This document shows positions 46,708 through 58,049 of a stretch of DNA of 64,000 bases, one piece after another. The stretch comes from a virus: positions 1 through 64,000 of IMG/VR virus record IMGVR_UViG_3300030012_002828; one strand, written 5' to 3'. Numbering within the stretch: the stretch's first letter is position 1; each line of letters starts with the position of its first letter. The translations under genes and the position numbers were made by a program. The notes under the pieces are model-generated. The model was given only the letters and a program-made list of their open reading frames with translations. It did no database searches and was not told where the DNA came from.

Positions 46708-49700
46708 TGAGTTTATATGTTCTAAATAAGGGTAAAACTTCCTATAATAACCCTTCTGATGCTTCATATGCTGTTTCTTCTAATGGTATTATTGTTGATA
46801 CAAGAAGTTCTACTAATTGGTCTTTATCTTCTTACAGTATTAGCAAAGCAGATAACTTAACTTCTCCAACAGGTACAGGTATTATTAATAGACATTTACC
46901 TTCAACTCAAACACTTACAGATGTTTTAGAAAATCCAGTAACTACTAAATCTTTCCAACTAAAATTACCGGTAGGACAGGCATTAACTTTAGACCCTCTT
47001 TATGATTATTTTGTAGTAATATATTCTACCGAAACATTTGATACAAATAATTTTGAAACTCACAAAAATAAAATACATGTAGCAAAAATTACAGAACAAA
47101 TACAGTTTGATTCTCCTAACGATGCCTTTGAATTTAGTCCTAAAACAAAAGTAGATAATGTAAAGGGCATAAAGTATGCCATATATAAAGGACATTTAAA
47201 AACAGATACAAATGTAGTAGCCGTAGGATTTGGTTTATTAGGTAATAGTGTTACTGGTAGATATTTTGGTAAATTGACAATTAGCACTCCTGCTGTTTAT
47301 TTTTATAATGATAGACTTAAAATTAAAAATCAATTAGATTATTCTACTAAATATGCACTTAAAAAAATAAATAGTACAGAATCAGAATTAACAACTCATT
47401 TTGTTACTGAATCGAATAGTAGTGCAAGGGTGGTAGATAAATCTCCTTTTACTTATTATGTAAATTTAGTAGATAATTTGAAACAAAAAGATTTTATTAG
47501 TAATACTGGTATAAGTACTGAATCAGATTTAACTGCTATGGGTACTGATGCAACTTATACAGTAGATTTAACTACATGGAATACTTGTTTTAAAAATATA
47601 AGAAGAGGTCTATCAGACACCTTTGCTTCATATACAGGCCCAAGTAGATATATTACTTATGCTAATTCTTCTGAAATTAATAACTTTATGCCTTTTGTAT
47701 TAGATTTAGATTTAAGTAAAACCATAAATAAAGTAGGTTCTTTTGGTCAAATAAAATTAGTAGATACAAGTAAAATATTAGATGAAAAAATAAACTTGTA
47801 TGATGATTTAAAGGTAAGACAAGTAATGTTTGAAGATGATATATCTAATAGTCATAGTGCTTTGCTATTTGGTTTAGCATCTATTACATCTGGTTCTAAT
47901 ACAATTAACATTACTAATTTAGAAAATGATACAAGTTTATCTTTTATTAATGGTTGTGAATTAATAGAAAATAGTAATGGTAAAGTTAATATTAGAATAG
48001 GTAATTATTTATTTAAATTAGATACAAATCCAATTGCTATACCAACTTTAAACTCTACAACTAATGAATTCGAGGGAGTTTTAAATTTTACCCATTGGAG
48101 AAGATTAACAGACAAATTTTGGTCAAATACTACTTTCCCAGAAGATATAACTTTACAACCTTATTTTAGAAAAGAATGGTCTACTATCCTTTCTAATTTA
48201 AAAATAGATTTTGATATAGATGAAAATTTATTTAATAGATTACAGTTACAACTAAAAGGCGGTCAATTTTCAGGTATGAGATTGAATATAAATACTGTTG
48301 ATAGTAATAATAAAATTATAACATTAGGTAACATTCCTTCATTTTCATATCATGGTACATACGATAATATAAATTTGTTAGATTATTTTACAGGTACAGG
48401 TATATATGATAAAATTTTGTTTGATGGTTCTGTTGAAGTTATAGAAGATGAACTAAATGCAGGGGGTCAATTAGTATACAATATAAGTGGAAGAGATGAT
48501 ATTCATAAACTATTAGGGCCAATTATTAATAAATCATTTTTACATGCAAGTGATTATATTTATTCAACAGAACATCCAATACAGGATATTAAAGAAACTG
48601 GTACTCAACTTGTTTCAAGTACGAGTTTTGGTGCAAACGGTATTTTTGCCGGAGATACTTCTGCAAGACCCTTTAATGGAACTGAATATTTATCTTGGAC
48701 TTATGGTACTAAATTATATACATCAGATGGAAGATTTATTGCCGCTTTTAAAGATATAACAAATGTAGGCTTTGTACAAATTAATTTTATTGAACCGGCA
48801 AGATGCTATTATCCTAAAACTGAAAATATTTATGTAGCAACCTCAGATTATATTATTTCCGGTACAGGCATTTCTACCTATAAAGACAGCCCTAATTATG
48901 CAAATAATATTAAACACGCTGCTAATAAAGGAATTTATTTTACTGCCGGACAAACGCATCCTTCATATGGTAATGTTGAACAACTTGTTGAAAAAGCAGG
49001 TACGACAGGTTCATTATCATTAGGTTTTGATATTAATAGTCCTACAAATATAAATTCCGATAACGAATTCTTATTCAGATTATCTTCAGAAGGCTTAACT
49101 AATACTTATCACAATTTAAAAACTATATCCTCATTAACAAATTATGATATTGTTTCTATATCAGGAGAAAATAATAATAATAAAGTAATATCAATAGCAC
49201 CCGTATCTCCGTTTATTTTAGGAAGAATTGATGAAAATTCTTTAGATACAAGATATACAAATAGTCAAGGTATGTATTTAATTAATTCACAAAGTTTAAC
49301 AAATGGTGGTTTAATAAATTATGTACATAATAAAACGCATGATTCTATAAATTCAAAAAAATCTTTCAGTATAAATAAATATGATAATATGATATATGGT
49401 AGTCCTTTATATAAATACATTGATTTACAAAACAAAACTTCATTATTTATAAAAGATACAATTACTCAGACTACTGAATTGGGTTCTACTAATACTTACA
49501 ATAATCATTACTCTATAATTAAACCTAATTATATTAAATATGCTACATCTTTTAAGTTTAAAGAAGCATTAACTATTAGAAATTCTAATGATGTAGTTAC
49601 AAGTGGAACTCCTACAATATATAATGAAGAACAATATTCTGATATTTTAAACAATACTCTAAGAAATAGTTTAACAGATGGTACTCAAACTATGTTAATA

Positions 49701-52700
49701 AAAAATCCTTTGTCGAGAGGATTTAAAACATACTTAGGAAGTCTAATGGCTGATTTTGAATATTATGATTCAACTAAAACAGGTACTATGCCAATATTGC
49801 CTAATATACAATATCAACTACCAAACGGTTCAGGAATAACATTTACAGAAGTATTACCAAAATATAAAATAGAAGATTTTGAAACTACCACAGGATTTTT
49901 CTTTTCAAATAATGTAACGGGTACAGGGCAAACAGATAGTAGAACTTGGACTAAAATAGGAGATATGAAATGGCAATATGAAATAATAGACCCTAAAGCA
50001 GTTATCTATCATATACTTGCCCCATGCGATATTTACAATGATAGTTTAAATAATGAAAACCATATAGGGTATGATGGACATAATTTTAAATTTAGTGATT
50101 TTGGTTTAACATTAATAGGCGAAGGTACTGATACTAATTCTAATATTACTCATTCTAATTATGAAGGTTCGGGTATTTCTAATAATAAATCTACTAATGA
50201 TTTTACATATTCTCCTATTTTAGATTCTGATATTGCCCCACAAAATATGAAAAGAGCATCATTGGGTAGATTAGTAGAAATAGGTTTTGATTTACATTTT
50301 AATATGATTGATTTAGAAAATGTAAATCCAGAACCTTTTAATTATGGAAATAAAAATGGGCACTATAAAAAATATGAAAAACTTAGAATGGCTGAAAAAA
50401 CACCAATTAAATTTACAGAAAATACCCCAATAGGTAGCGGTACAGTAAATGTTTCAGTAGGAGATTGGTTTTTAAATTATGCTGACGGGGGAACAAATTC
50501 AAAAGATTTAGCCTATGATATACTATTTACTGACGCAGGAGATTTTGTAGGTATAGTTAATGAACAATATAGTGGTGTTGGTGTACCAACTTCTAATTTT
50601 TTCAATGGTATATTTACTGCTACTACTGCTAATAATGGTTCTTATACTAATGTATCTACTTTATCTGATGGTGTAGGTACAGGAATGGGGTTTGATATAA
50701 CAGTAACAGGTGGTGTTATAAGTTCTCTCGAACTTAATTTAAACAATAGAGGTTCAGGTTATCAAATATTAGATACAGTAATTATACCTGCAAATTCGGT
50801 AATAGGTAATCCCAATGATATTTCTTTGATTTTATTTGATGCAAATTTAGTTAATTATGTTTCATTATTAACGCATAGTACTCTAACTCCTGTATCTACT
50901 CAATTACTTGGCTTAAATCATACATTAGGTGGTGACGGTAACCCTTATGCTTATACAATAAATGATTTTACTGACCCTCCAAATTATACTTTTGCTAATG
51001 CTTTAAGATTTAAATCAGACCTTAATTATGCTGGTTCAAGAGCAACAATTGTTGCGGGTACTCATGTATATGCTATGAGAGTTAAATATAAAGATTCTAC
51101 TACCAGTACAGAAAGAGATAGAGATAGTGCTTCTAACTTTACTCCACCTAATATACAATTTGATATTACACATTTTACTGAATCTTGGGTTCCAACAATT
51201 ATAAAAAACCAAAGCGGTCTTATGGGTCTTTCAAGAGATAATAGATATATGCAATTACATTATAATACAAGATTTTTAAGATGGACTTTAGGAGATGGAG
51301 ATACTTCTTTTTCAGAAAAAGGACAAGAATGGGGTACGACCAATGAATATTTATTTGGTTTAGTTTCTCAGTATTCGGATGAATGGAGTGGTCAATCATC
51401 TGCATTTGATGGTGTACAAGAGCAATCTTTTGTTAATTGGGGTACATTAAATCCTCACTATCAATCTCCTAAAGTTTATTTGCCGTTTGTGTTTGTAGGT
51501 CATTATTTGTGGTCTAATACAAATAATCATGATTTAGGTTTAATTGCTGAAGGTGGTGAGGGTGCAAGAAGATTACACCCCTTTGCTAATACATTTAGAT
51601 TCAGAACGGTAGATGATGATGCCGTTGGTGCTACTGCATCTAACGATAAAGAAAAAGGTCACCGTTCTTTTGTTGGAGGTATTATAAGAGGGGTTAATAA
51701 TATGACTTTAACTGCATTTTTAAATAATGGTGATACTACCGTTAATATAAATTCTAATGATTATAATGTTAAAGATGAACTTTATTATTATGAAAATAAT
51801 GATGTTAGCAAACCAAGATTTATTGGTCAAGTAGCATCAATACCTAACTCTACAAGTCTTACTTTAACTACTGCTTATGCAGGAAGACAATTATCTACTG
51901 GTAGAGAAATCCGTATTTTTGAGCCTCATCTAAAATCTTATTATCACCCCTCAAGAGTAATGCAAAATTTTGAAGAAACTTCTACGGGTTCAATTCCTAA
52001 TGGACATACGGGCTTTGTTAAATATGGTTTAAAAAGTGATACTCAAACCAATACCTTAAATCACGGTGGTATGTATTCATCCGGTTATTTTACTTTATTA
52101 AATAAAAGACCATTATCAGGTTCTTTTAAAGATAATAATTTAGAAGCGGGTGCTTCTATAACTTTAAATTTAAAGGTAGATACAACAACAATTCCAAATA
52201 ATATTATGGAATGGAGATTTCCTCATACAAAATCTGGTGGTGCTGGTTCTGGTGGGGCTGTATATCAATCAGATAAATTTGCTGAACATGCAACTCAAAA
52301 TAACAATGCATTTACTGACCAAGTACACTCATGGCATATGCCTATTCTTTCAGGTTCATATTTCTTTTCACCTCATAGATATAATGCAGAATTTGTAAGT
52401 AATACAGGTATTTATGGAGTAAATGATAATGTATTAGCAGGGATATTTGGATTCAAACCTCATTTACTAATACATAGTGCTGAGACTGGTATAACAGTAA
52501 GTTCACAAGGAGATGATATTACACATTACGGGGTAACAGAAGATAAATTTAGAGTTATAGATGGTACTGATGTTAGAAAAATAACTATTGATTTTAGTAC
52601 AGGTCTGTTAAAAAATAATTGGTTACAGTTTTCACCTAATCTAACCGGTTTATATTTAGTTAGTAACGCTGTAAGTAATGTTGAAGAAACAACTTTAGAA

Positions 52701-54395
52701 GAAGAATTCCAAGCACCGTCAGTAGTAAATCCAAGATATATTGGTACATTTGATAATTCAACAAATGTATATACACCTTCACCCAGTAAACCATTTTTGA
52801 AAGGTTCACATACAATACCATATCATATACATCAAATACTAAGACATGAAATTATTTTTAGTGCTGAGGGAGAACAAATACATCATATCTTTATTGATAA
52901 TGCTTCAGATGTAGATATAAGTATGCAAGGTTACAGGGTAATGAAATTATCAGATAATTGTATGTATGATTTTTCTCCTGATGAAATATTTTTAAATTCT
53001 TTGTCTACAAGGTACTCTAAGCACCCTACTAAAAAAGAAATGTTAAGTAAAATAAAAAAGATAAATGTAAGTGGTAAATTGCAAATTGATGCTCTTGATT
53101 TACAAGGTAGTGATGAATTCACAATAGATGAAGGTTTAAGCGGTGGGTCAGATGGTATTTTATCTATGTATGTATTATTAGACCCTGAACCTACAAATTC
53201 TAATTATGTTCTTTTAAGAAATAAAACACATATATTAGAAAAGTTTCCTATTGGTTCTTATAATTTATTTATAAATGATGGTAAAAATAAATATGAAACT
53301 GTTGTTAGAGTTGATGAGGAAGATATAGATAATAATAAAGATGAACAGCAAGTAAAATTATATTTTAATGAAGTGCAAAATATGAAGGGTTTAGTATCTT
53401 TAGGTGAAATATTTAATATTACAATACCTGCTTATGTAAATACAGAAAATATAAATGTCGCAAAAATAGGTTCTACATATAATATAGGGGAAGAAGTTGA
53501 AAATATTATTAATAGTTTATTTGAAGAAAATAATATTCCATATACTAAAAAACAAATTACTGAAAAATACTTTGCTTCACCAACATATAATGGTTCTGAT
53601 TTATATAATGCTCTAACTTATATAGCAAGATATAAAAATTTAGAACCAATTATTATTAATAAAAATATTAAGATTAGAAAATTAAATGATGAAGATGATA
53701 TTACTGGTATAGAATTAGTAGAAGGAATATCCGAAATAACTTCAACAAACAGAAATCAAACTATGTTTGATGTATTTAATAATATAGTTGTTTACGGAAA
53801 CGGTGTTAAAGGTTTAAAGTTTGATAGTAAAAGTATTGATGAAGTAGGTATTAAAACTCTCGAAGAAACAGATTTAAATTTAACTACACAACAACAGGTA
53901 GATGAAAGAGCATCTGATTTGTTAAATCTACATAGTCGTAATAATAATCAAATTGATATTACTGTTGGAGATACAGGAATAGAACATTTAGAAGTAGGAG
54001 ATATAATTAAAGTAGACTATCCGAGTTTAAATATTAGAGTAGGAAGATATATGATATTAGCAATAAGACATAGAATAGGTAAATTACCTGTATATTCATT
54101 AGGTTATTATAATAAAAATTTATCATACAGAATTGCTGAAGTTATTGCTTCCGGTAAAAATGTTTCTTCACAAATTAGAGGTTCTACATTTATTGAAACG
54201 GCAGATGATTTTACCGCATCTGTATCTCTAAATATTAAAGAATTAGAAATCCAAATAGATGAAGTGACGGGTGTATCTTCGACACAAAATGTATTAGGTT
54301 TTAATACTACATTAGGTTTTAATACCAATATAGGCTTCATAGGTACTGTTGGAAGTGAAACTTTAACTACTTTGTATAGAGAGGATTTATCATGA
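46707..54395 (+). CDS. Giant (2562 aa) tail-tip/hub protein
   Basis: Hub-like segments FDGSVE..ISGRD and C-terminal NNIVVYG..SIDEVG..LEVGDIIKV..YMILAI; Asn/Thr/Ser-rich. Confidence 0.75.
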   Translation: MSLYVLNKGKTSYNNPSDASYAVSSNGIIVDTRSSTNWSLSSYSISKADNLTSPTGTGIINRHLPSTQTLTDVLENPVTTKSFQLKLPVGQALTLDPLYDYFVVIYSTETFDTNNFETHKNKIHVAKITEQIQFDSPNDAFEFSPKTKVDNVKGIKYAIYKGHLKTDTNVVAVGFGLLGNSVTGRYFGKLTISTPAVYFYNDRLKIKNQLDYSTKYALKKINSTESELTTHFVTESNSSARVVDKSPFTYYVNLVDNLKQKDFISNTGISTESDLTAMGTDATYTVDLTTWNTCFKNIRRGLSDTFASYTGPSRYITYANSSEINNFMPFVLDLDLSKTINKVGSFGQIKLVDTSKILDEKINLYDDLKVRQVMFEDDISNSHSALLFGLASITSGSNTINITNLENDTSLSFINGCELIENSNGKVNIRIGNYLFKLDTNPIAIPTLNSTTNEFEGVLNFTHWRRLTDKFWSNTTFPEDITLQPYFRKEWSTILSNLKIDFDIDENLFNRLQLQLKGGQFSGMRLNINTVDSNNKIITLGNIPSFSYHGTYDNINLLDYFTGTGIYDKILFDGSVEVIEDELNAGGQLVYNISGRDDIHKLLGPIINKSFLHASDYIYSTEHPIQDIKETGTQLVSSTSFGANGIFAGDTSARPFNGTEYLSWTYGTKLYTSDGRFIAAFKDITNVGFVQINFIEPARCYYPKTENIYVATSDYIISGTGISTYKDSPNYANNIKHAANKGIYFTAGQTHPSYGNVEQLVEKAGTTGSLSLGFDINSPTNINSDNEFLFRLSSEGLTNTYHNLKTISSLTNYDIVSISGENNNNKVISIAPVSPFILGRIDENSLDTRYTNSQGMYLINSQSLTNGGLINYVHNKTHDSINSKKSFSINKYDNMIYGSPLYKYIDLQNKTSLFIKDTITQTTELGSTNTYNNHYSIIKPNYIKYATSFKFKEALTIRNSNDVVTSGTPTIYNEEQYSDILNNTLRNSLTDGTQTMLIKNPLSRGFKTYLGSLMADFEYYDSTKTGTMPILPNIQYQLPNGSGITFTEVLPKYKIEDFETTTGFFFSNNVTGTGQTDSRTWTKIGDMKWQYEIIDPKAVIYHILAPCDIYNDSLNNENHIGYDGHNFKFSDFGLTLIGEGTDTNSNITHSNYEGSGISNNKSTNDFTYSPILDSDIAPQNMKRASLGRLVEIGFDLHFNMIDLENVNPEPFNYGNKNGHYKKYEKLRMAEKTPIKFTENTPIGSGTVNVSVGDWFLNYADGGTNSKDLAYDILFTDAGDFVGIVNEQYSGVGVPTSNFFNGIFTATTANNGSYTNVSTLSDGVGTGMGFDITVTGGVISSLELNLNNRGSGYQILDTVIIPANSVIGNPNDISLILFDANLVNYVSLLTHSTLTPVSTQLLGLNHTLGGDGNPYAYTINDFTDPPNYTFANALRFKSDLNYAGSRATIVAGTHVYAMRVKYKDSTTSTERDRDSASNFTPPNIQFDITHFTESWVPTIIKNQSGLMGLSRDNRYMQLHYNTRFLRWTLGDGDTSFSEKGQEWGTTNEYLFGLVSQYSDEWSGQSSAFDGVQEQSFVNWGTLNPHYQSPKVYLPFVFVGHYLWSNTNNHDLGLIAEGGEGARRLHPFANTFRFRTVDDDAVGATASNDKEKGHRSFVGGIIRGVNNMTLTAFLNNGDTTVNINSNDYNVKDELYYYENNDVSKPRFIGQVASIPNSTSLTLTTAYAGRQLSTGREIRIFEPHLKSYYHPSRVMQNFEETSTGSIPNGHTGFVKYGLKSDTQTNTLNHGGMYSSGYFTLLNKRPLSGSFKDNNLEAGASITLNLKVDTTTIPNNIMEWRFPHTKSGGAGSGGAVYQSDKFAEHATQNNNAFTDQVHSWHMPILSGSYFFSPHRYNAEFVSNTGIYGVNDNVLAGIFGFKPHLLIHSAETGITVSSQGDDITHYGVTEDKFRVIDGTDVRKITIDFSTGLLKNNWLQFSPNLTGLYLVSNAVSNVEETTLEEEFQAPSVVNPRYIGTFDNSTNVYTPSPSKPFLKGSHTIPYHIHQILRHEIIFSAEGEQIHHIFIDNASDVDISMQGYRVMKLSDNCMYDFSPDEIFLNSLSTRYSKHPTKKEMLSKIKKINVSGKLQIDALDLQGSDEFTIDEGLSGGSDGILSMYVLLDPEPTNSNYVLLRNKTHILEKFPIGSYNLFINDGKNKYETVVRVDEEDIDNNKDEQQVKLYFNEVQNMKGLVSLGEIFNITIPAYVNTENINVAKIGSTYNIGEEVENIINSLFEENNIPYTKKQITEKYFASPTYNGSDLYNALTYIARYKNLEPIIINKNIKIRKLNDEDDITGIELVEGISEITSTNRNQTMFDVFNNIVVYGNGVKGLKFDSKSIDEVGIKTLEETDLNLTTQQQVDERASDLLNLHSRNNNQIDITVGDTGIEHLEVGDIIKVDYPSLNIRVGRYMILAIRHRIGKLPVYSLGYYNKNLSYRIAEVIASGKNVSSQIRGSTFIETADDFTASVSLNIKELEIQIDEVTGVSSTQNVLGFNTTLGFNTNIGFIGTVGSETLTTLYREDLS

Positions 54396-54766
54396 CAATA
54401 ACAGATAGCGGCAGAAATTTATTAGCGCAAGCAATTAGAGGTGACTTAACTCAAGGTTTCAATGCTTTTAATAAAATGGATATTGGTGAAGCAGGAGGAA
54501 GTACAGACCCAACATTAAATGCTCTTGATGTTTCAATAACAGGTAATAACCCATTTGCATTAAATTCAGTTACAAGGTCAATAGAAAATCAAGTAGAGTT
54601 TTATTCAAGAATTTCAGGTACAACATATTCAGGTTATGTGATTAGAGAAGTAGGAATATTTGATTCTTTAGGTACTACAATGTTGTTAAGAGTACCAATA
54701 GACCCGATTGGGCCACTTGAAACAGGAAAACAATATGACATAAGAATTATTATAGAGGTAGAGTAA
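54392..54766 (+). CDS. Tail-tip/fibre attachment protein
   Basis: MTITDSGRNLLA..IREVGIFD pattern typical of fibre N-terminal or baseplate domains. Confidence 0.65.
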   Translation: MTITDSGRNLLAQAIRGDLTQGFNAFNKMDIGEAGGSTDPTLNALDVSITGNNPFALNSVTRSIENQVEFYSRISGTTYSGYVIREVGIFDSLGTTMLLRVPIDPIGPLETGKQYDIRIIIEVE

Positions 54767-54767
54767 A

Positions 54768-57029
54768 ATGGTAGATTATACAAATAGAGATTATATTACA
54801 AACTTAAGTGCAACAGATACAACTGATGGATTAACAGATGGAGTAGACCATCTACATTCGGGTTTAATTAAAGTTTTATCAAAAATAAATAAAGGTAATT
54901 ATATTGCTGAATATGGTTCTTCTGTATTTCAGCAAATAGCAGGTAATAGCAGAACCAAATTTAAATTTAATGGGAATATAAAATATGTTAGAGATGGTAG
55001 AATATATGTTGGTACACCGACTGAGGTTGAATTAACATCTAACCCTAATGGAACAAATGATAGATATGATTTAATTGTAATATCGGGTTCAGCCTTAGCG
55101 GTTAGAACGGGTAATGATTCTACGACACCTATTGTACCAGAATTAGAAAGTGATGATATACCAGTAGCGATGGTAAAAGTTGTTGGTGGTTCAGGTGCAA
55201 ATATAATAACAAGACCCATACAACTTTATGGCTATGATAAATCTACATTTGCAGAATCTATTGAGAAGTTATATAACAATGTGGGTACAGAATCTGTAAC
55301 ATTAGAAGCAAACGGAGATGTATCATTAACAGGTAGTTTAATCGTAGGAAGTAATATTATCAAAGCATCAGACTCAGGAAGCACAATTACGATGGACACC
55401 AACGATAATGTAACCATTGGGAACAACTTAACAGTAGGAAATGACTTAACTTTAGGAAATAATACAATTAGAGCATCCGATGGGGGAACAGTAATTACAA
55501 CAGATACAAGTAGTAATGCAACCATCATTAATAACTTAACAGTAGGTGGCGATTTACTTGGGCCGGTTAATGGTACATTTAATATTGCTTCAATGCGAAG
55601 TATAGTGTTTAAAGTAGATACTCAAGATAATAGTAATGAAACTTGGTCTTTTATGAATGGGGCAGGTTCTACGGTTGTTACAATTGATGAATTAGGTAAT
55701 GTAAGTATGAACAATTTAGATGTCAAGGGAGGTAGTATTGATTCGTCAGTAGCAGGAACAATAACTATGCAACAACATACATTATTTGGTAAAGGTCTTA
55801 CTAATTTACCAAATAGAGCAATTACAAATCGAGGTTATAGAGAAACCGTAGAAACTAAATATATGGCTTTAACGGCTAATGCTAATCAAACATCGGGTAC
55901 TGTTGTTCCTGATGGTAATCCAAATGCTCTTGCTCAAAATAGTACGGATTATGTTATAAGACAAAATATTATGGAAGCAATAACATATCCTTTAGATTGC
56001 TTAAAAGAAGTATATTATTTAGGTACAAATGAAGATGACCAAATTTCTTTTGATAATACTATATTTAGTGGTTCATATTCAGGGGGTTCGAGTGACCCGC
56101 TTTTTGAAATGAATATAGGTTTAACAGGAACAAATTTTCAAAATAATAATGGGTTATATGGTAGTGGTGGATTTGTATGTTTAGCAGCAGATACATTTAG
56201 TGGCGGTATAACAGATTTTGAAAATAGAAAAATTACATTAGTAAATACCAGTAATATACCTATTTATATATTTAGTTTTTTAGGTTCAGGAGAAGAAGGT
56301 TTTCAAAAAATGGTTGCACCGCTTTTTGGTAAAGGTATTTTTACACAAAATAGGTTGGGTGGTTTTACAGCCATGAATTGTGTTAATTTACAATCTGTAC
56401 TACATACTCAAACATTAAACACAATAACAGCAAATCCACATAATATATTATTTTATACAGGTGGCGGTGGCAGTACGCTTAAAGTGCTTGATGCTTATGT
56501 GTTAAAACCAACAGAAAGTGTCACATTACAAAACTTTAGTGTTGGTACTGAACATCCTGAAGATGAAATGATGGAACATCATGGTTTTATGAATAATCAA
56601 GTAATTTCTCAATTTTATAATCCACCACAATTAGGTAATAGTGGGCCTCTTCATTATTGGATGCCTATTGCTAATGCAACAAATAGTATAACAAGTAGAG
56701 TATTAACTAATTATTTTGAAGATACTGTACTTCCTCATGTTGGACAATCAGGTTATACACTACATATGGCAAAAATAGGCGGCAGTTCAGTTCTTTTACC
56801 GCCTCATGCACCTCAAGGAACACAATATTTTGTTTATGCTGAAACATCAACTAATATATTATGTGCTAATCCAAGTGGGGGTCATATATTAGAAACTGCT
56901 GGTATTATTGCACAAGATGTTTTTACTAATGCTTCTTCAACAACAACTTCAACATCAGATACTTTATCGGCAGGTGAAATGGCAACTTATGTTAAGTTAT
57001 TTATTGGTAATTGGTTAAAGGTGGGTTGA
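54768..57029 (+). CDS. Tail fibre protein
   Basis: N-terminal DRYDLIV..PVAMVKV anchor; beta-helix-like G/N/T repeats. Confidence 0.7.
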   Translation: MVDYTNRDYITNLSATDTTDGLTDGVDHLHSGLIKVLSKINKGNYIAEYGSSVFQQIAGNSRTKFKFNGNIKYVRDGRIYVGTPTEVELTSNPNGTNDRYDLIVISGSALAVRTGNDSTTPIVPELESDDIPVAMVKVVGGSGANIITRPIQLYGYDKSTFAESIEKLYNNVGTESVTLEANGDVSLTGSLIVGSNIIKASDSGSTITMDTNDNVTIGNNLTVGNDLTLGNNTIRASDGGTVITTDTSSNATIINNLTVGGDLLGPVNGTFNIASMRSIVFKVDTQDNSNETWSFMNGAGSTVVTIDELGNVSMNNLDVKGGSIDSSVAGTITMQQHTLFGKGLTNLPNRAITNRGYRETVETKYMALTANANQTSGTVVPDGNPNALAQNSTDYVIRQNIMEAITYPLDCLKEVYYLGTNEDDQISFDNTIFSGSYSGGSSDPLFEMNIGLTGTNFQNNNGLYGSGGFVCLAADTFSGGITDFENRKITLVNTSNIPIYIFSFLGSGEEGFQKMVAPLFGKGIFTQNRLGGFTAMNCVNLQSVLHTQTLNTITANPHNILFYTGGGGSTLKVLDAYVLKPTESVTLQNFSVGTEHPEDEMMEHHGFMNNQVISQFYNPPQLGNSGPLHYWMPIANATNSITSRVLTNYFEDTVLPHVGQSGYTLHMAKIGGSSVLLPPHAPQGTQYFVYAETSTNILCANPSGGHILETAGIIAQDVFTNASSTTTSTSDTLSAGEMATYVKLFIGNWLKVG
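55330..55560 (+). repeat. Imperfect tandem ~108-nt (36-aa) repeat in the tail fibre
   Basis: LIVGSNIIKASDSGSTITMDTNDNVTIGNNLTVGND / LTLGNNTIRASDGGTVITTDTSSNATIINNLTVGGD; shared DNA aacttaacagtagg. Confidence 0.75.
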
Positions 57030-57030
57030 T

Positions 57031-57879
57031 ATGGATTTTCTTTTTACTAATTTAAAAAAGGGTACTAAGATTCGTAAAAAAAGATTAGCAGGTGGTTCAA
57101 GTCCACCGCAAAACCCATCTACTAAATTACCTGTTCCTACTAATAGCATTTATCAGTTATATTTAGGAACACCCGGTTCTAATGTTTATCCCGCAATTCA
57201 TTTTACTTTTGTTAGTTTTAACTCAAATACTGTTTCAACAAGTACAGAAAACTTTGATACTTATACAGATATTACTTCTATGTCAGTAAATCCACCAACA
57301 TCAAATCCTAATAATACACAAACTCTTTTACCAGAAACAACATATCAACAAGAAATATCAGTACCTGCTGCAACTGCTAATATGAATATAGGTCAATCGG
57401 CAGGTATACCAATAATAATTGGTGCTTTATATAAGTTTAATACACAATATATTCCTTCGCATTTTTACGATTATGAATTGACAATAGTTTCTTCATCTTT
57501 AGCAAACGGTGCTCAACTTACTCCTTTTGCAAATAATAATGTACAAGGGCCAGCATCTTCTGTTCCTAATATTAGTAATTGGCCTGCCGGTGGTAAAAGT
57601 GGTTGGCATATAGACCCATTTTTTACAAATCCAAACCCAGATACAGGTATTTACGGACAAAATTATAGTTTTTCATTTGCTAATCCACCTGCTGTAACTA
57701 ATCTTAATTGTCCAAGATTAGTAATTCAATATGGTGGTGGTAAAGGCTCTCAAATACCATTACAAGCAGGAGATACATTTACTTTAAACTTAAAAGCCGG
57801 ATTAGATTTTAATGCTAATTACCCAAGCGCAACAACACCGATTTTTTATAATCATAGGATAGTGGTTACTTTAGTATAG
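57031..57879 (+). CDS. Putative receptor-binding or fibre-associated protein
   Basis: Pro/Asn/Thr-rich beta protein after the fibre; basic N-terminus. Confidence 0.5.
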   Translation: MDFLFTNLKKGTKIRKKRLAGGSSPPQNPSTKLPVPTNSIYQLYLGTPGSNVYPAIHFTFVSFNSNTVSTSTENFDTYTDITSMSVNPPTSNPNNTQTLLPETTYQQEISVPAATANMNIGQSAGIPIIIGALYKFNTQYIPSHFYDYELTIVSSSLANGAQLTPFANNNVQGPASSVPNISNWPAGGKSGWHIDPFFTNPNPDTGIYGQNYSFSFANPPAVTNLNCPRLVIQYGGGKGSQIPLQAGDTFTLNLKAGLDFNANYPSATTPIFYNHRIVVTLV

Positions 57880-57887
57880 GTGATATT

Positions 57888-58040
57888 ATGGACTATTGTA
57901 TAGCGAATTATTGTTTCACAGGATATGAAATAGCAATATTAATAGTATTAGAAATATTATTTTGGACAGGATTAGGATTTTTCGGTTATAGAAAATATAA
58001 AAAGGCTAAAATCAAAAATAAGAAAAAATGGAAAATTTAA
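57888..58040 (+). CDS. 50-aa single-pass membrane peptide (not in ORF track)
   Basis: GGTGAT RBS; MDYCIANYCFTGYEIAILIVLEILFWTGLGFFGYRKYKKAKIKNKKKWKI*. Confidence 0.75.
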   Translation: MDYCIANYCFTGYEIAILIVLEILFWTGLGFFGYRKYKKAKIKNKKKWKI

Positions 58041-58049
58041 AAATTTTGC

